This document shows positions 52,645-64,000 of a stretch of 64,000 nucleotides of DNA, piece after piece. Source of the DNA: Chiloscyllium plagiosum (taxonomy: Eukaryota); assembly GCF_004010195.1 (NCBI RefSeq), contig NC_057719.1:3331470-3395469 (forward strand), written 5' to 3'. The position numbers were made by a program, and so were the translations under genes. Positions within the stretch are counted from its first letter, which is position 1. The number at the start of each line of letters is the position of its first letter. The notes below the pieces were generated by a model that was not told where the DNA came from, searched no databases, and saw only the letters and a list, made by a program, of their open reading frames with translations.

Positions 52645-52960
52645 TGGCGGTACGGTGGCACAGTGGTTAGCACTGCTGCCTCACAGCGCCAGAGACCCAG
52701 GTTCAATTCCCGCCTCAGGCGACTGACTGTGTGGAGTTTGCACATTCTCCCTGTGTCTGCGTGGGTTTCCTCTGGGTGCTCCGGTTTCCTCCCACAGTCC
52801 AAAGATGTGCAGGGTCAGGTGAATTGGCCATATTAAATTGCCCGTAGTGTTAGGTAAGGGGTAAATGTAGGGGTATGGGTGGGTTTCGCTTCGGCGGGTC
52901 GGTGTGGACTTGTTGGGCCGAAGGGCCTATTTCCACACTGTAATCTAATCTAATCTAATG
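52645..52960 (+). mobile_element. tRNA-derived SINE inserted in gag
   Basis: A/B boxes, (TAATC)n tail, AATTAG duplicated at both ends. Confidence 0.85.
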
Positions 52961-53472
52961 TAATTAGCAGACAAACTGGAGTTGGAACTGCCTCCTTCTG
53001 TGAGGAAAGGAGAGATTATTACAGCAGCAGCTCAGCAGAATCTTTAGAGATGGCTAAAATTCAATTGAAAATGAAGCAGCGTGAGTGAGAGGCAAAAGAT
53101 AAGGAGAGGGCAAAAGTAATGAAACTGTTTGAATTACGATTAAAAGCAGAGGAAAGAGAAAAAGAACGAATGCCTTTAGCAGAAAAGAGAGCGCATTTGA
53201 ACTTCGGAAATTGGCAGTTAGTCAGGAAAGTCAGCTTAAAAGGATGGAGATGAAAGTAAGCTTATTGAGGAAGAGAGTGAGGATGAGCAAACCCATGGGA
53301 GCCAAAGCCCTGGTGGGGATCTATTTGAATATATTCATGCATTGCCTAAATGTGATGCCAAGGATGTGGAAGCCTTTATCGTCTCATTTGAACAAGTGGC
53401 TACACAAATGCCGTGACCATGTGGGTTTTGTTGATCCAAACGAAACTTGTAGGTAGGGCTAGAGTGGTATTT

Positions 53473-53658
53473 TAGATCAGTGGTGCTGGAAGAGCACAGC
53501 AATTCAGGCAGCATCCGAGGACAGGCAAAATCGACGTTTCGGGCAAAAGCCCTTCATCAGGAAACCTGCCTGTCCTCGGATGCTGCCTGAATTGCTGTGC
53601 TCTTCCAGCACCACTGATCTAGAATCTGGTTTCCAGCATCTGCAGTCATTGTTTTTAC
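53473..53658. mobile_element. 186-bp fold-back Penelope-type insertion with 14-bp TSD and antisense hammerhead (53530-53563)
   Basis: TSD CTAGAGTGGTATTT at 53459-53472 and 53659-53672; ~55-bp inverted arms. Confidence 0.8.
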
Positions 53659-54914
53659 CTAGAGTGGTATTTGCATCCCTATCAGAGGAGGTATCTGGAT
53701 AGTATGGCGAAATGATGAAAACCATTTTAACTGCCTATGAGCTTGTACCAGAAGCCTCCAGACAATGTTTCAGGAATCCAAGAAAGGAACCTGGTCAAAC
53801 CTACACTGAGTTTGAAAGGATCAAACAAAGTAATTTAGACAGATAGATAAGAGTGTTAAAAATAGAACAAACCTACGACACTCTTAGAGAGTCAGTTAGT
53901 TGGAGGAGTTCAAAATTTCACTGCCTGAGGTAATGAGAACGCGTGAAGAGCAGAGAGTTAAAACAGTGAGGTTAGCAGCTGGAGTGGCTGATGGTTATGA
54001 GCTGGTCCATAAAACACGGTTTGGCTTCCAGAATCAATTTCAGTCCATGAGGGATAGAAACTGGGGCAAAGAGATACCCTCACGTGGAAAGGGAAAGGTA
54101 GATCTCAGTGAAGATCATAAGGAGAACTTACCACAGGGTGAAAAAGAAACCCTTGAGGGGGACAAAGAAGTTATAGCACTTCATTGTAATAAAGTGGGCC
54201 ACATGAAATCACAGTGTGGGTTAGGAGAAGCCAGATTTAGGAAAACAGGATAAGCCAGGGAATTTTGTTGGAATGGTAATAGAAAGCACAGTGGATTATA
54301 AAAAGCTGTGCCGGAATGTACAACCTGTTTGGTTAAGGAGGAAGTGCCAGATCTGGTTAAAAAATATACCTGCGAATGTAAAACTTACTCACATAGGCCA
54401 GGAGTAGCAGGTATTAAGCAGGACACAGGATCCTCTCAGTCTGTGATGCTGAAGGAAGAGGAGATATGTGCTCCTGAGGGACTATTGCCAGGAAAGGTAC
54501 TGATAACAGGAATTCACGGTGAGACAAAAAGTGCTCAGTTACATAAAGTGAGGTTAGAGTGTCAAGGGAAGAGTGGAGAATTTGTGGTAGGACAAACTCT
54601 CAGCTCCAGGAATACAATTTGACCTTGCTAATGATATAGCAGGAGTGCTGCCTACTGTGGTTGAAAAGTCAGTGGAAACTCAGGCAACTGAACAATCACA
54701 GGACACACATCCTGGAATTTTTTCTTGACTGGGTGGTAACGAGGTCACAAAGTCACCAGTTGAAACAGGAGAGATCAAAGACTACAGATAAGAAAGTTGA
54801 AGTGGAATTAGCAAAGATCCTGTTTGGTCAGATAGTTGAGACAAACCAGGAGCAGATAGATAGCAATGAAAAAATCTTTAGCTCAGATAAATTAACTGAG
54901 TTACGGCAGAAAGA

Positions 54915-55215
54915 TTAGATTCCTTACAGTGTGGAAACAGGCCCTTTGGCCCAACTAGTCCACACTGGCCCTCCAAAAAGTAACCCATTCAGACCCACTC
55001 TCCCTGACTAATGCACCTAACACTATGGGCAATTTAGCATGGCCAATTCACCTAACCTACACATCTTTGGACTGTGGGAAGAAACCAGAGCACCCGGAGG
55101 AAACCCAAATAGAGAACATGCAAATTTTACACAGACAGTCACCTGAGGCTGGAATCGAACCCAGGTCCCAGGCACAGGGAGGCAGCAGTGCTAACCACTG
55201 AGCCACCACGCCACC
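54915..55215 (-). mobile_element. tRNA-derived SINE inserted in Gypsy element 3
   Basis: Reverse A box CTAACCACTGAGCCACC and B box GGAATCGAACC. Confidence 0.85.
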
Positions 55216-58200
55216 ATGAAAATTTAAAACAGTTCTACCAAAAGGCATACACAGAGAAGGAATCCAAATGTATCCCTGAATGTTATTACCTTAAACATAA
55301 TGTCTGAATGAGGAATTGGAGACTTTCACATATTCAGGCAGATGAGAAATGGGGCAGAAATGTATCAAATCGTATAGCCAGTGGGGTATAGGAAGGAGGT
55401 GCTGCAAGCTGCGCATAAGCTACCACTTACAGCTCATTTTGGAGTGAGGAAAACCCAAGCTAAAATGCAAAAACAATTTTACTGGCCTGGACATCACAAG
55501 GCTGTAGTTGGATTTTGCCAGACGTGTCATACATGTCATGTAGTCGGAAAACCACAGGCAGCAATAAAGCCTGCACCTTTAATACCGATCCCTGCATTTG
55601 AGGATCCTTTCACAAGAGTCTTGATTGATTGCGTAGGTCCCCTACCTCAAAAAAAACATTGGGAATCAGGATTTGTTCACAATAATGGATGTATCGACTC
55701 GATTTCCAGAGGCTGTTCCAGTCCGCAATGTCATAGCTAAAAGAATTGTAGAGGAATTACACAAATTTTTCACTAGATGTGGACTACTGACAGAGATACA
55801 ATCAGATCAAGGGTCAAACTTCACATTAAAATGATTCAAGGAAGTTATGGACAGTTTAGGAATAAAACAATTCAAATCTACTGTGTGCCATCCAGAATCA
55901 GAGGGAACGATATAAAGGTGGCATCAGATCATGTTGAGAGCTCACCGTCAGGATTATCCAGATGATTGGGATAAGGGAGTTCCATTTGTGTTTTTTGTGA
56001 TCAGAGATGCACCAAATGAACCGACCAATTTCAGCCCATTTTAATTGGTTTTTGGGCATGAGCTGAGAGGACCATTAAAACTGATTCAGGAGAAATTGGT
56101 GAGTCAGAATTAAGAGACCACCCATTTGGGCTATGTATCAAATTTTAGGGAATGATTAAATAGAGCTGGGGAGTTAGCTAGCCAGCATTTAAAAGGAAAC
56201 AGGAAGCAGACAAGAAATCAAAAATTAGTAATTTTGCTATCGGGTTACTTCCAGTGATAGGTAAACCATTAAAAGCAAGGTTTAGTGGACCTTATCAAAT
56301 TGAGAGGAAATTGAGTGAGCTGAACTAATTGTTAAGGACTCCAGACAGGAAGAAATCCCACAGAGTGTGTCATATAAATATGCTCAAAAGGTATTTTGAT
56401 AGGGAAGGAAAGCAAGAGGAGAAGGTGTTAATGATTACAGCACAGAAGGAAGAACTGTTCAGAGCATTCTAATTTAGACATTCCTCACATCAAATTGGGC
56501 AATGAGGAAGTTGTCAAAAATTGAGGTAAATTATTGAGCTACCTTCCAGATGAAAATTAAACTGACCTGAAAGAGTTATTACTATCACATGGGGAGATAT
56601 GTAGAAATAAGCTGGGAAGTACTAACCTAATTGTGCATGATGTAGATATAGGAGATACTGTTCCGATTTAGCAACATCCTTATAGGCATAACCCTCTAAA
56701 GTTGGCAGAGGTTCAGAAGGAGAGTGAAAGCATGCTCCAAGATGACATCATTGAAGTGAGGTACAGTGACTGGAGCTCTCCCATAGTAATGGTGCCAAAA
56801 CCAGATGGTACCCAAAAGTGATGTGTGGACTTTCGCAGTCAATGCAGTTACAAATATGGAAGACTGTGCTGAGAAGGTGGATAATCAACTTATATTTCTG
56901 AGTTGGTTTTGCTCAGAGAATATTGGCAGGTACCTTTGTCAGAAAAAGCAAAGGCAACTTCAGCTTTCATAATGCTGAATGGACTGTATAGGTTTAAAGA
57001 CATGCCATTTAGCATGAAAGATGCACCAGCCACATTTCAGACAGTAACCAATAAGGTCATTTCCGGATTACCCAACTGTCTTGTTTATATAGATGACCTG
57101 CTGACTATTAGTCACCCATGGAAGGAACATTTACAACTTTATCAGACTTGTTCAATCGACTTCGGAAGGCAAGATTCATGATAAAGCTGCCTAAAAGTGA
57201 ATTTGTCAAAGCCCTTGTCACCTTCCTGGGTTGTGTTATTGGACACGGACAAATAGCCCCACTGGAAGCAAAACAAAGTTAATTGGGGAGTTTTCCATAC
57301 CATCGACAAGAAGAGCAGTTTTACAGTTCCTGGGATTGAGTGGATTTTATTGAAAATATGTACCATATTTTAGCAGCGTGGTTGCCCCACTCACTGAATT
57401 GCTGACAAAAAGCAAGACGTTTCAGTGGACAACGAACTGTCAGAAGGCAGGTGACAGCCTTAAAGCTGTGTTACCCACTCCCCCAGTATTGGCCACACCG
57501 GATTGCACAAAGCCATTCAAGGTGGCTGCTCATGCAAGTGATGTGGGTGTCGGTGCTGTGCTCTTGCAAGAAGTCATCAAGAAGATGGAAAGACCTATCG
57601 GGAATTTCACCAGGGCGGTGAACACTCATCAGCAGAAATATGCGAGAGTTGAGAAGGAGACCTTGAGCTTAGTGTTGGTGTTACAACGTTTATGTTGCCA
57701 GTCATGCATCTGAGACGATCGTAACCCACTGAAGTTTGTGGAGAGATTTTAAGGACAAAAATGCCAGCCTGTTTAGATGGAGCTTGTTGTTACAGCCCTT
57801 CCGTTTGAAAGTTGTGCCTGTGGCAGGATGAGAAAACATGATTGCTAACGTATTGTCAAGACTAGAATGAGAAAAGGATTACCACAGACTGAAATGGAAT
57901 ATAGTTGTGTGTGTTTTGCATGTTTATAGTCAGTATTTGCATCTGTGTGTTTTCGAGCAGTCACCGATTTTTTTTTAAAGGGGTTTTAAAATGAAGCGAT
58001 CTTTGGATATTGATGGTTCTTTTGTTTTGAAAGGGGGCGGAGGTGTGACGTGCCTGTTCCTTTAAGGTTAGGCTGTCCTTGGTGCTTTTCAGAGAGGTTG
58101 TAAATGACACAAGGTTCTGATCAGTTTGAGTTTGAATGGGTTTTAGGGCCAATTGCTTACAGCTAACAGATACTGCCTCAGGCAGAAGGCTTTCAAGTTT

Positions 58201-58628
58201 TGAAATGAAAGGGGAGCGGCCAGTTCTAGCAGCTGTTCATTTTGGTTTTGGGTTTAATGGGTTTAACCTGGAAGCAAACTCAGGTTGGACCCCCTATCTC
58301 TCTGACTTCAAGCCCGTCAGACCTTGTCTGATTATTCCTTCTGTGCCAAAGGCTGTTTATGGGGATTGTTGCAAGTATTTTGGAACAGCATCATTAAGTT
58401 GGGGTAGTTTGTTAGGTTTTCGGATAGGCTGAGTTATTCAGTATTCTATTCTTTATGTTTCATTCAGTAATGTTGAAAATAAATTCTGTTTGGTTTAAAA
58501 CTAAGTAGCTTGACCAGCTGATTCTCTCCTGGAATATCCACTGGACAGTTGCTGAAAATCAAACAGTAAAGTTAGGAGCTGGGCTACCCTCTGGAAAGGT
58601 TTGGAGGGGTCGGGCCTGGTCCATAACA

Positions 58629-59528
58629 GGGGGCAGGGGTTAAATCAAAACAGAGTTGCAGGGGAAAATAAAACACTCCGCGTTCTACGGCGCCCACCTT
58701 TCCCAGAAAATCTCGAGGATGTTGGTGGACACTGCATGCTCCTTCTCCAGAGACACCCGGGCTCTGAAATAGCGATGGAAGAGGAGCAGGCAATCAGCCA
58801 TAACGACCCCCTCCACGGCCCGCTGCCTGGACTTGTTTATGGCCAGTTTGGCCAGGCCCAGGAGCAGACCCACGAGGAGGTCTTCAGACCTGCCCTCCTT
58901 CCTCCGTACCGGGTGCCCAAAGATCAGGAGCGTGGGACTGAAGTGCAGCCAAAAACAGAGGAGAAGGTCCTCTAGAAAACTAAAAAGGGAGTGCAAACGC
59001 CCACACCCAATATATACGTGGTCCACGGACTCCACAGCGCCACAGAACAAGCAGTTAGGCTGGGAGTCCATGAACCACCGCAACCTGCGATTGCAGGGGA
59101 CCGCTGTGTGCAGCACCCTCCACCCCAGATCCCCGAGAGAAAGGGGGAGGACTCCCACGCAGAGAGCCCTCCACTGGGGATCCCCACCGCCCGGTGGCAA
59201 ATGGGCACGCCAAGGTGTGTCCGGATTGTGGATGAGGGAGAAGAGGTGGACGGTGTGCAGCAGCAGTCTGTACAAGGGCCCGCCATTTTATGTCCCTAAA
59301 AGGGGCAAAGCTAAAACTCCAGACACAGCTCAGGTTATGGGTTACAGGCTCCCGTGTCCCGTATCCCACAATGTGAAATTCCGTCCGGGCAGGGGTGAGC
59401 GCAGATGGGATTCCACCGCACACCTGAGCATCCTCCAACTGGTGCACTACCTCATTGCTGAGCACCACCCCCGATTTAAGATGTCGAATGGCGTTGGCTA
59501 CAAACCAAACATCTGCCGCTGCACTGCT
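58629..59528 (-). mobile_element. Tx1/L1-clade LINE ORF2 C-terminal fragment; its 3' UTR continues at about 51300-51817 across Gypsy element 3
   Basis: DLGWRVLH..CLFCGAVESVDHVYIGC..LLGLAKLAI..F.ERW CCHC tail typical of Tx1-like ORF2; 58629-58680 resembles 51505-51560. Confidence 0.75.
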
Positions 59529-59934
59529 CCCACCTGGTTATATTTTCTTTCTTTTTAGTAAAGAAAACCAACCAAAAACACAAAAACATAGAAGGGAAAT
59601 ATCTCCTTAGTCAAGGGAAACTTTTCCAGCTGCAACACACTGTCTGTGGCCCAGCCAACTGAGGAGATTGCTCCTGGCTATACTGTTCTTGTTTCTTACC
59701 CTCATGCTATCACCAAACAGTGGGAGTGCGTATTCCCCACCCTACCCCCAGCACGCATGTGGTGTGTATGCTGTTGTTGGACACAGTGAAGAAGGAAGCA
59801 CCCGATTGGCCAGTGACAAGCAGTGCCCTTCTCAACAATGGCCAATGCTGTGTGATCGAAACGTAACAGGGAGCCTACCTGTTTTTTGCCTCCCTTTTTC
59901 TCTTTCTCTTTTTTCTTTATTTCCGCCCCCCCCC

Positions 59935-62340
59935 AAGGGAATTTTAACTTTCCAAACATAGACTGGAACTGCCATAGTGCTAAGGGTTCAGATGGAAAGG
60001 AATTTGTTAAGTGCATACAAGACAATTTTCTGATTCAGGATGTGGATGTACCTACTAGAGAAGGTGCAAAACTTGACCTACGCTTGGGAAATAAGGCAGG
60101 GCAGATGAATGAGGTGTCAGTGGGGGAGCACTTTGGGGCCAGTGACCATAATTCTATTCGTTTTAAGATAGTGATGGAAAAGGGTAGATCAGATCTTAAA
60201 GTTGAAGTTCTAAATTGGAGAAAGGCCAATTTTGACGGTATTAGGCAAGAACTTTCGATAGCTGATTAGGGGCAGATGTTCACAGTTAAAGGGACGGCTG
60301 GAAATTGGGAAGCCTTNNNNNNNNNNNNNNNNNNNNNNNNNNNNNNNNNNNNNNNNNNNNNNNNNNNNNNNNNNNNNNNNNNNNNATAAAGGCAGGAGGA
60401 GTATACTTAAGAGAGAAATCAGGAGGGCAAAAAGGGGACTTGAGATATCTTTGGCAAATAGAATTAAGGAGAATCCAAAGGGTTTTTACAAATATATTAA
60501 GGTCAAAAGGGTACCTAGGCAGAGAATAGGGCCCCTCAAAGATCAGCAAGGCGGCCTTTCTGCGGAGCCGCAGAAAATGGGGGAGATACTAAATAAGTAT
60601 TTTGCATCAGTATTTACTGTGGAAAAGGATATGGAAGATATAGACTGTAGGGAAATAGATGGTGACATCTTGTAAAATGTCTTGAAACACATAAAAGTGG
60701 ATAAATCCCCAGGACCTGATCAAGTGTACCCGAGAACTCTGAGGGAAGCTAGAGAAGTGATTGCTGGGCCTCTTGCTGAGATATTTGTATCATCGATAGT
60801 CACAGGTGAGGTGCTGGAAGACTGGAGGTTGGCAAATGTGGTACCAACGTTTAAGAAGGGCGGTAAAGGCAAGCCAGGGAATTATAGATCGGTGAGCCTG
60901 ACCTCGGTGGTGGGCAAGTTGTTGGAGGGAATCCTGAGGGACAGAATGTACATGTATTTGGAAATAAAGGCAGGAGGAGTATACTTAAGAGAGAAATCAA
61001 GAGGGCAAAAAGGGGACTTGAGATATCTTTGGCAAATAGAATTAAGGAGAATCCAAAGGGTTTTTACAAATATATTAAGGACAAAAGGGTACCTGGGCAG
61101 AGACTAGGGCCCCTCAAAGGCTTTTGCCCGAAACGTCGATTCTCCTGTTCCTTGGATGCTGCCTGACCTGCTGCGCTTTTCCAGCAACACATTTTCAGCT
61201 CTGATCTCCAGCATCTGCAGCCCTCACTTTCTCTCATGTATTTGGAAAGGCAAGGACTGATTCGGGATAATCAACATGGCTTTGTGCGTGGGAAATCATG
61301 TCTCACAAACTTGATTGAGTTTTTTTGAGGAAGGAACAGAGAGGATTGATGAGGGCAGAGTGGTAGATGTGATCTATATGGGCTTCAGAAAGGCGTTCGA
61401 CAAGGTTCCCCATGGGAGACTGGTTAGCAAGGTTAGATCTCATGGAATACAGGGAGAAGTAGTCATTTAGATACAGAACTGGCTCAAAGGTAGAAGACAG
61501 AGGGCGGTGGTGGAGGGTTGTTTTTCAGACTGGAGGCCTGTGACTAGTGGAGTGCCACAAGGATCGGTGCTGGGTCCTCTACCTTTTATCATTTATATAA
61601 ATGAATTGGATGTGAACACAGGAGGTATAATTAGTAGGTTTGNNNNNNNNNNNNNNNNNNNNNNNNNNNNNNNNNNNNNNNNNNNNNNNNNNNNNNNNNN
61701 NNNNNNNNNNNNNNNNNNNNNNNNNNNNNNNNNNNNNNNNNNNNNNNNNNNNNNNNNNNNNNNNNNNNNNNNNNNNNNNNNNNNNNNNNNNNNNNNNNNN
61801 NNNNNNNNNNNNNNNNNNNNNNNNNNNNNNNNNNNNNNNNNNNNNNNNNNNNNNNNNNNNNNNNNNNNNNNNNNNNNNNNNNNNNNNNNNNNNNNNNNNN
61901 NNNNNNNNNNNNNNNNNNNNNNNNNNNNNNNNNNNNNNNNNNNNNNNNNNNNNNNNNNNNNNNNNNNNNNNNNNNNNNNNNNNNNNNNNNNNNNNNNNNN
62001 NNNNNNNNNNNNNNNNNNNNNNNNNNNNNNNNNNNNNNNNNNNNNNNNNNNNNNNNNNNNNNNNNNGGAAAGATATAAAAGAGACCTAAGGGGCACCTTT
62101 TTCACGCAGAGGGTGGTATGTGTATGGAATTAGCTGCCAGAGGATGTGGTGGAGGCTGGTACAATTGCAACATTTAAGAGGCATTTGGATGGGTATATGA
62201 ATAGGAAGGGTTTGGAGGGATATGGGCCGGGTGCTGGCAGGTGGGACTAGATTGAGTTGGGATATCTGGTCGGCATGGATGGGTTGGACTGAAGGGTCTG
62301 TTTCCGTGCTGTACATCTCCATGACTCTGTGACTCTATAA
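59935..62340 (+). mobile_element. CR1 LINE (endonuclease to 3' end) with gaps and a local duplication
   Basis: [44 protein letters not shown]. Confidence 0.9.
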
Positions 62341-62602
62341 CACATGACTGCCTAGCAATAGTGCTTATTTTTCCCCAGCATCCATATCATGTGTGCGCGG
62401 GTACCCACCTGGTTATATTTTTAAAAGTTTTTCTTTATTAAACAGTACAGCTCACAAACAATTAGCATGAACAGCTGTATACAGAGAAACAACAATTTAT
62501 ACGGGACAGGAGTGGCAAAGCCAAGCCCTAGACCCCCCATCCCCCCCAGGTTATATATCCGGTTTGTTGCAGTGAACTTTGACACAGCACAATCCACACA
62601 AG

Positions 62603-62684
62603 TGGCCGCAGAAGGGTTTGAACCCACTCCTTCTTTCAGACTGGAACCTGAAACCAATACCTTCCACCACTCACCAATGCTACC
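62603..62684 (-). pseudogene. Degenerate tRNA-Leu-derived sequence (head of a SINE-like element about 62419-62690)
   Basis: Minus strand GGTAGCATTGGTGAGTGGTGGAAGGTATTGGTTTCAGGTTCCAGTCTGAAAGAAGGAGTGGGTTCAAACCCTTCTGCGGCCA, 82 nt, colinear with the GGTAGCGTGGCCGAG...GGGTTCGAATCCCACCGCTGCCA tRNA-Leu type; stems broken. Confidence 0.7.
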
Positions 62685-63129
62685 AGCCATCCCACCTGGT
62701 TGTATGTATTTTTTCCTGGTAACATTTTAAAAATGTTATTAAACAATACTCTACCTGGTTATATTGGTCGACCAGGGCTTTCCTGATTGGCGGAGATTAA
62801 CAATGACCTCATAGTTAACAAGTTCCACCTCGTCCCAATCGCTACTGGAACAAAACACATGTGGTGGAATCGGGTTGCTGCAATACTGACAAAAGTGGTT
62901 GCCAAAAACAGATTTGATGGGCTATTAGAATCATTCTAAGGTGTGGAGCTAAATCATTTTGAGCTGTTATAGCAGCCGAACAGGCATAGTCTTCTGTGCT
63001 GTGAGATTCCAACTCTTTACAAAATAGAGAGAGAGAGAGAGAGTGAGAATGAGGTCAGAATAAATGCAAAATCTTGCAAGCATGTCAAAGGTTAGATATG
63101 TGTGGAAATAGAAGTTGTCCAGTACCTGG

Positions 63130-64000
63130 AGATGGTACTGAGGGATAAAATCTATTTGTATTTGGAAAATAATAGGTGCATCAGTGATAGGCAACATGGT
63201 TTTGTACAGGGGAGATCGTGCCTTACCAACTTAATAGAGTTCTTTGAGGAAGTGACCAAGTTGTTAGATGAAGGAAGGGCTGTAGATGTCATATACATGG
63301 ACTTTAGTAAGGTGTTTGATAAGGTTCCCCATGGTAGACTAATGGAGAAAGTAAAGTCACATGGTGTGCAGGGTGTTCTAGCTAGGTGGATAAAGAACTA
63401 CTTGAGCAACAGGAGACAGAGAGTAGTAGTTGAAGGGAGTTTCTCGAAATGGAGAAAGGTGACCAGTGGTATTCCACAGGGGTCAGTGTTGGGGTCACTG
63501 TTGTTTGTAATATACATAAATGATCTGGAAGAGGGCACTGTTGGTATGATCAGCAAGTTTGCAGATGACACAAAGATTGGTGGAGTAGCAGAAAGTATAA
63601 GGGGACTGTCAGAGAATACAGGAGGATATAAATAGACTGGAGAGTTGGGCGGAAAGTGGCAGATGGTTTTCAATCCAGACAAATGTGAGGTGATGCATTT
63701 TGGGAAGTCTAATTCTAGAGCCAACTATACTGTAAACAGGGGAGCCTTGGGAAAAGTTGATGAGCAGAGAGATTTGGGAGTGCAGGTCCATTGTACTCTA
63801 TGGGTGGATAGAGTAGTCAAGAAGGCATTTGGTATGCTTGCCTTCATCGGACGGGGTATTGAGTATAAGAGCTGGCATGTCATATTAAAATTGTACACGA
63901 TGTTGGTTCAGGTGCATTTAGAATACTGTGTACAGTTCTGGTCGCCACATTACCAAAAGGATGTGGACGCTGTGGAGAGGGTGCAGAGAAGGTTTAAGAG
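63130..64000 (+). mobile_element. CR1 LINE RT region, running off the window
   Basis: [43 protein letters not shown]. Confidence 0.92.

Larger units (their letters stand above)
51818..58628 (+). mobile_element. Gmr1-like Gypsy element 3, structurally complete but degenerate
   Basis: LTRs 51818-52418 and 58044-58628 (TGTGAC...ATAACA), PBS TGGGGGCTC, gag (YELVPEA; CNKVGHMKSQC), protease DTGSSQS, integrase (HFGVRKT..CQTCHTC..IDCVGPLP) before RT (YIDD, about 57085) and RNase H (ASDVGVGAVLLQ), PPT AAAGGGGGCGGAGG. Confidence 0.9.

Noticed and set aside
60386..61100. Duplicated CR1 segment (60386-60535 again at 60964-61100)
   Set aside because: Adjacent to gaps and out of order; likely a local assembly artefact.
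62603..62684. Functional tRNA-Leu gene
   Set aside because: Acceptor, D and anticodon stems have several mismatches; treated as a derived SINE head.

Overview
Repeat-dense vertebrate genomic DNA, most likely a cartilaginous fish (shark), inferred from the tRNA-derived SINE, CR1 and Penelope repeat content; it has four N gaps. The only host gene is a B2-type bradykinin receptor (class A GPCR; single coding exon 44346-45371, probable non-coding exon 1 ending at 42541). A near-identical partial copy 23.6 kb upstream (CDS 20740-21303, TM1-TM4 only) is joined through a 5-bp microhomology into an old LTR. The rest is decayed mobile DNA: three Gmr1-like Gypsy elements (integrase before RT, two of them nested), two solo LTRs, many CR1 LINEs, Rex1/Babar and Tx1/L1 pieces, SINEs, a Tigger-like MITE and three minisatellites. 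Many Penelope-like element ends carry minimal hammerhead ribozyme motifs from at least three co-varying families. The most notable observations are the mosaic receptor duplication, a likely 1-nt frameshift hiding a longer receptor C-tail, a fold-back palindrome downstream of the receptor, the hammerheads, and a recurring insertion motif (CCCACCTGGTTATAT) shared by Tx1-like pieces and a tRNA-Leu-headed SINE. All calls were made by eye without database searches; repeat boundaries are approximate unless TSDs are quoted.
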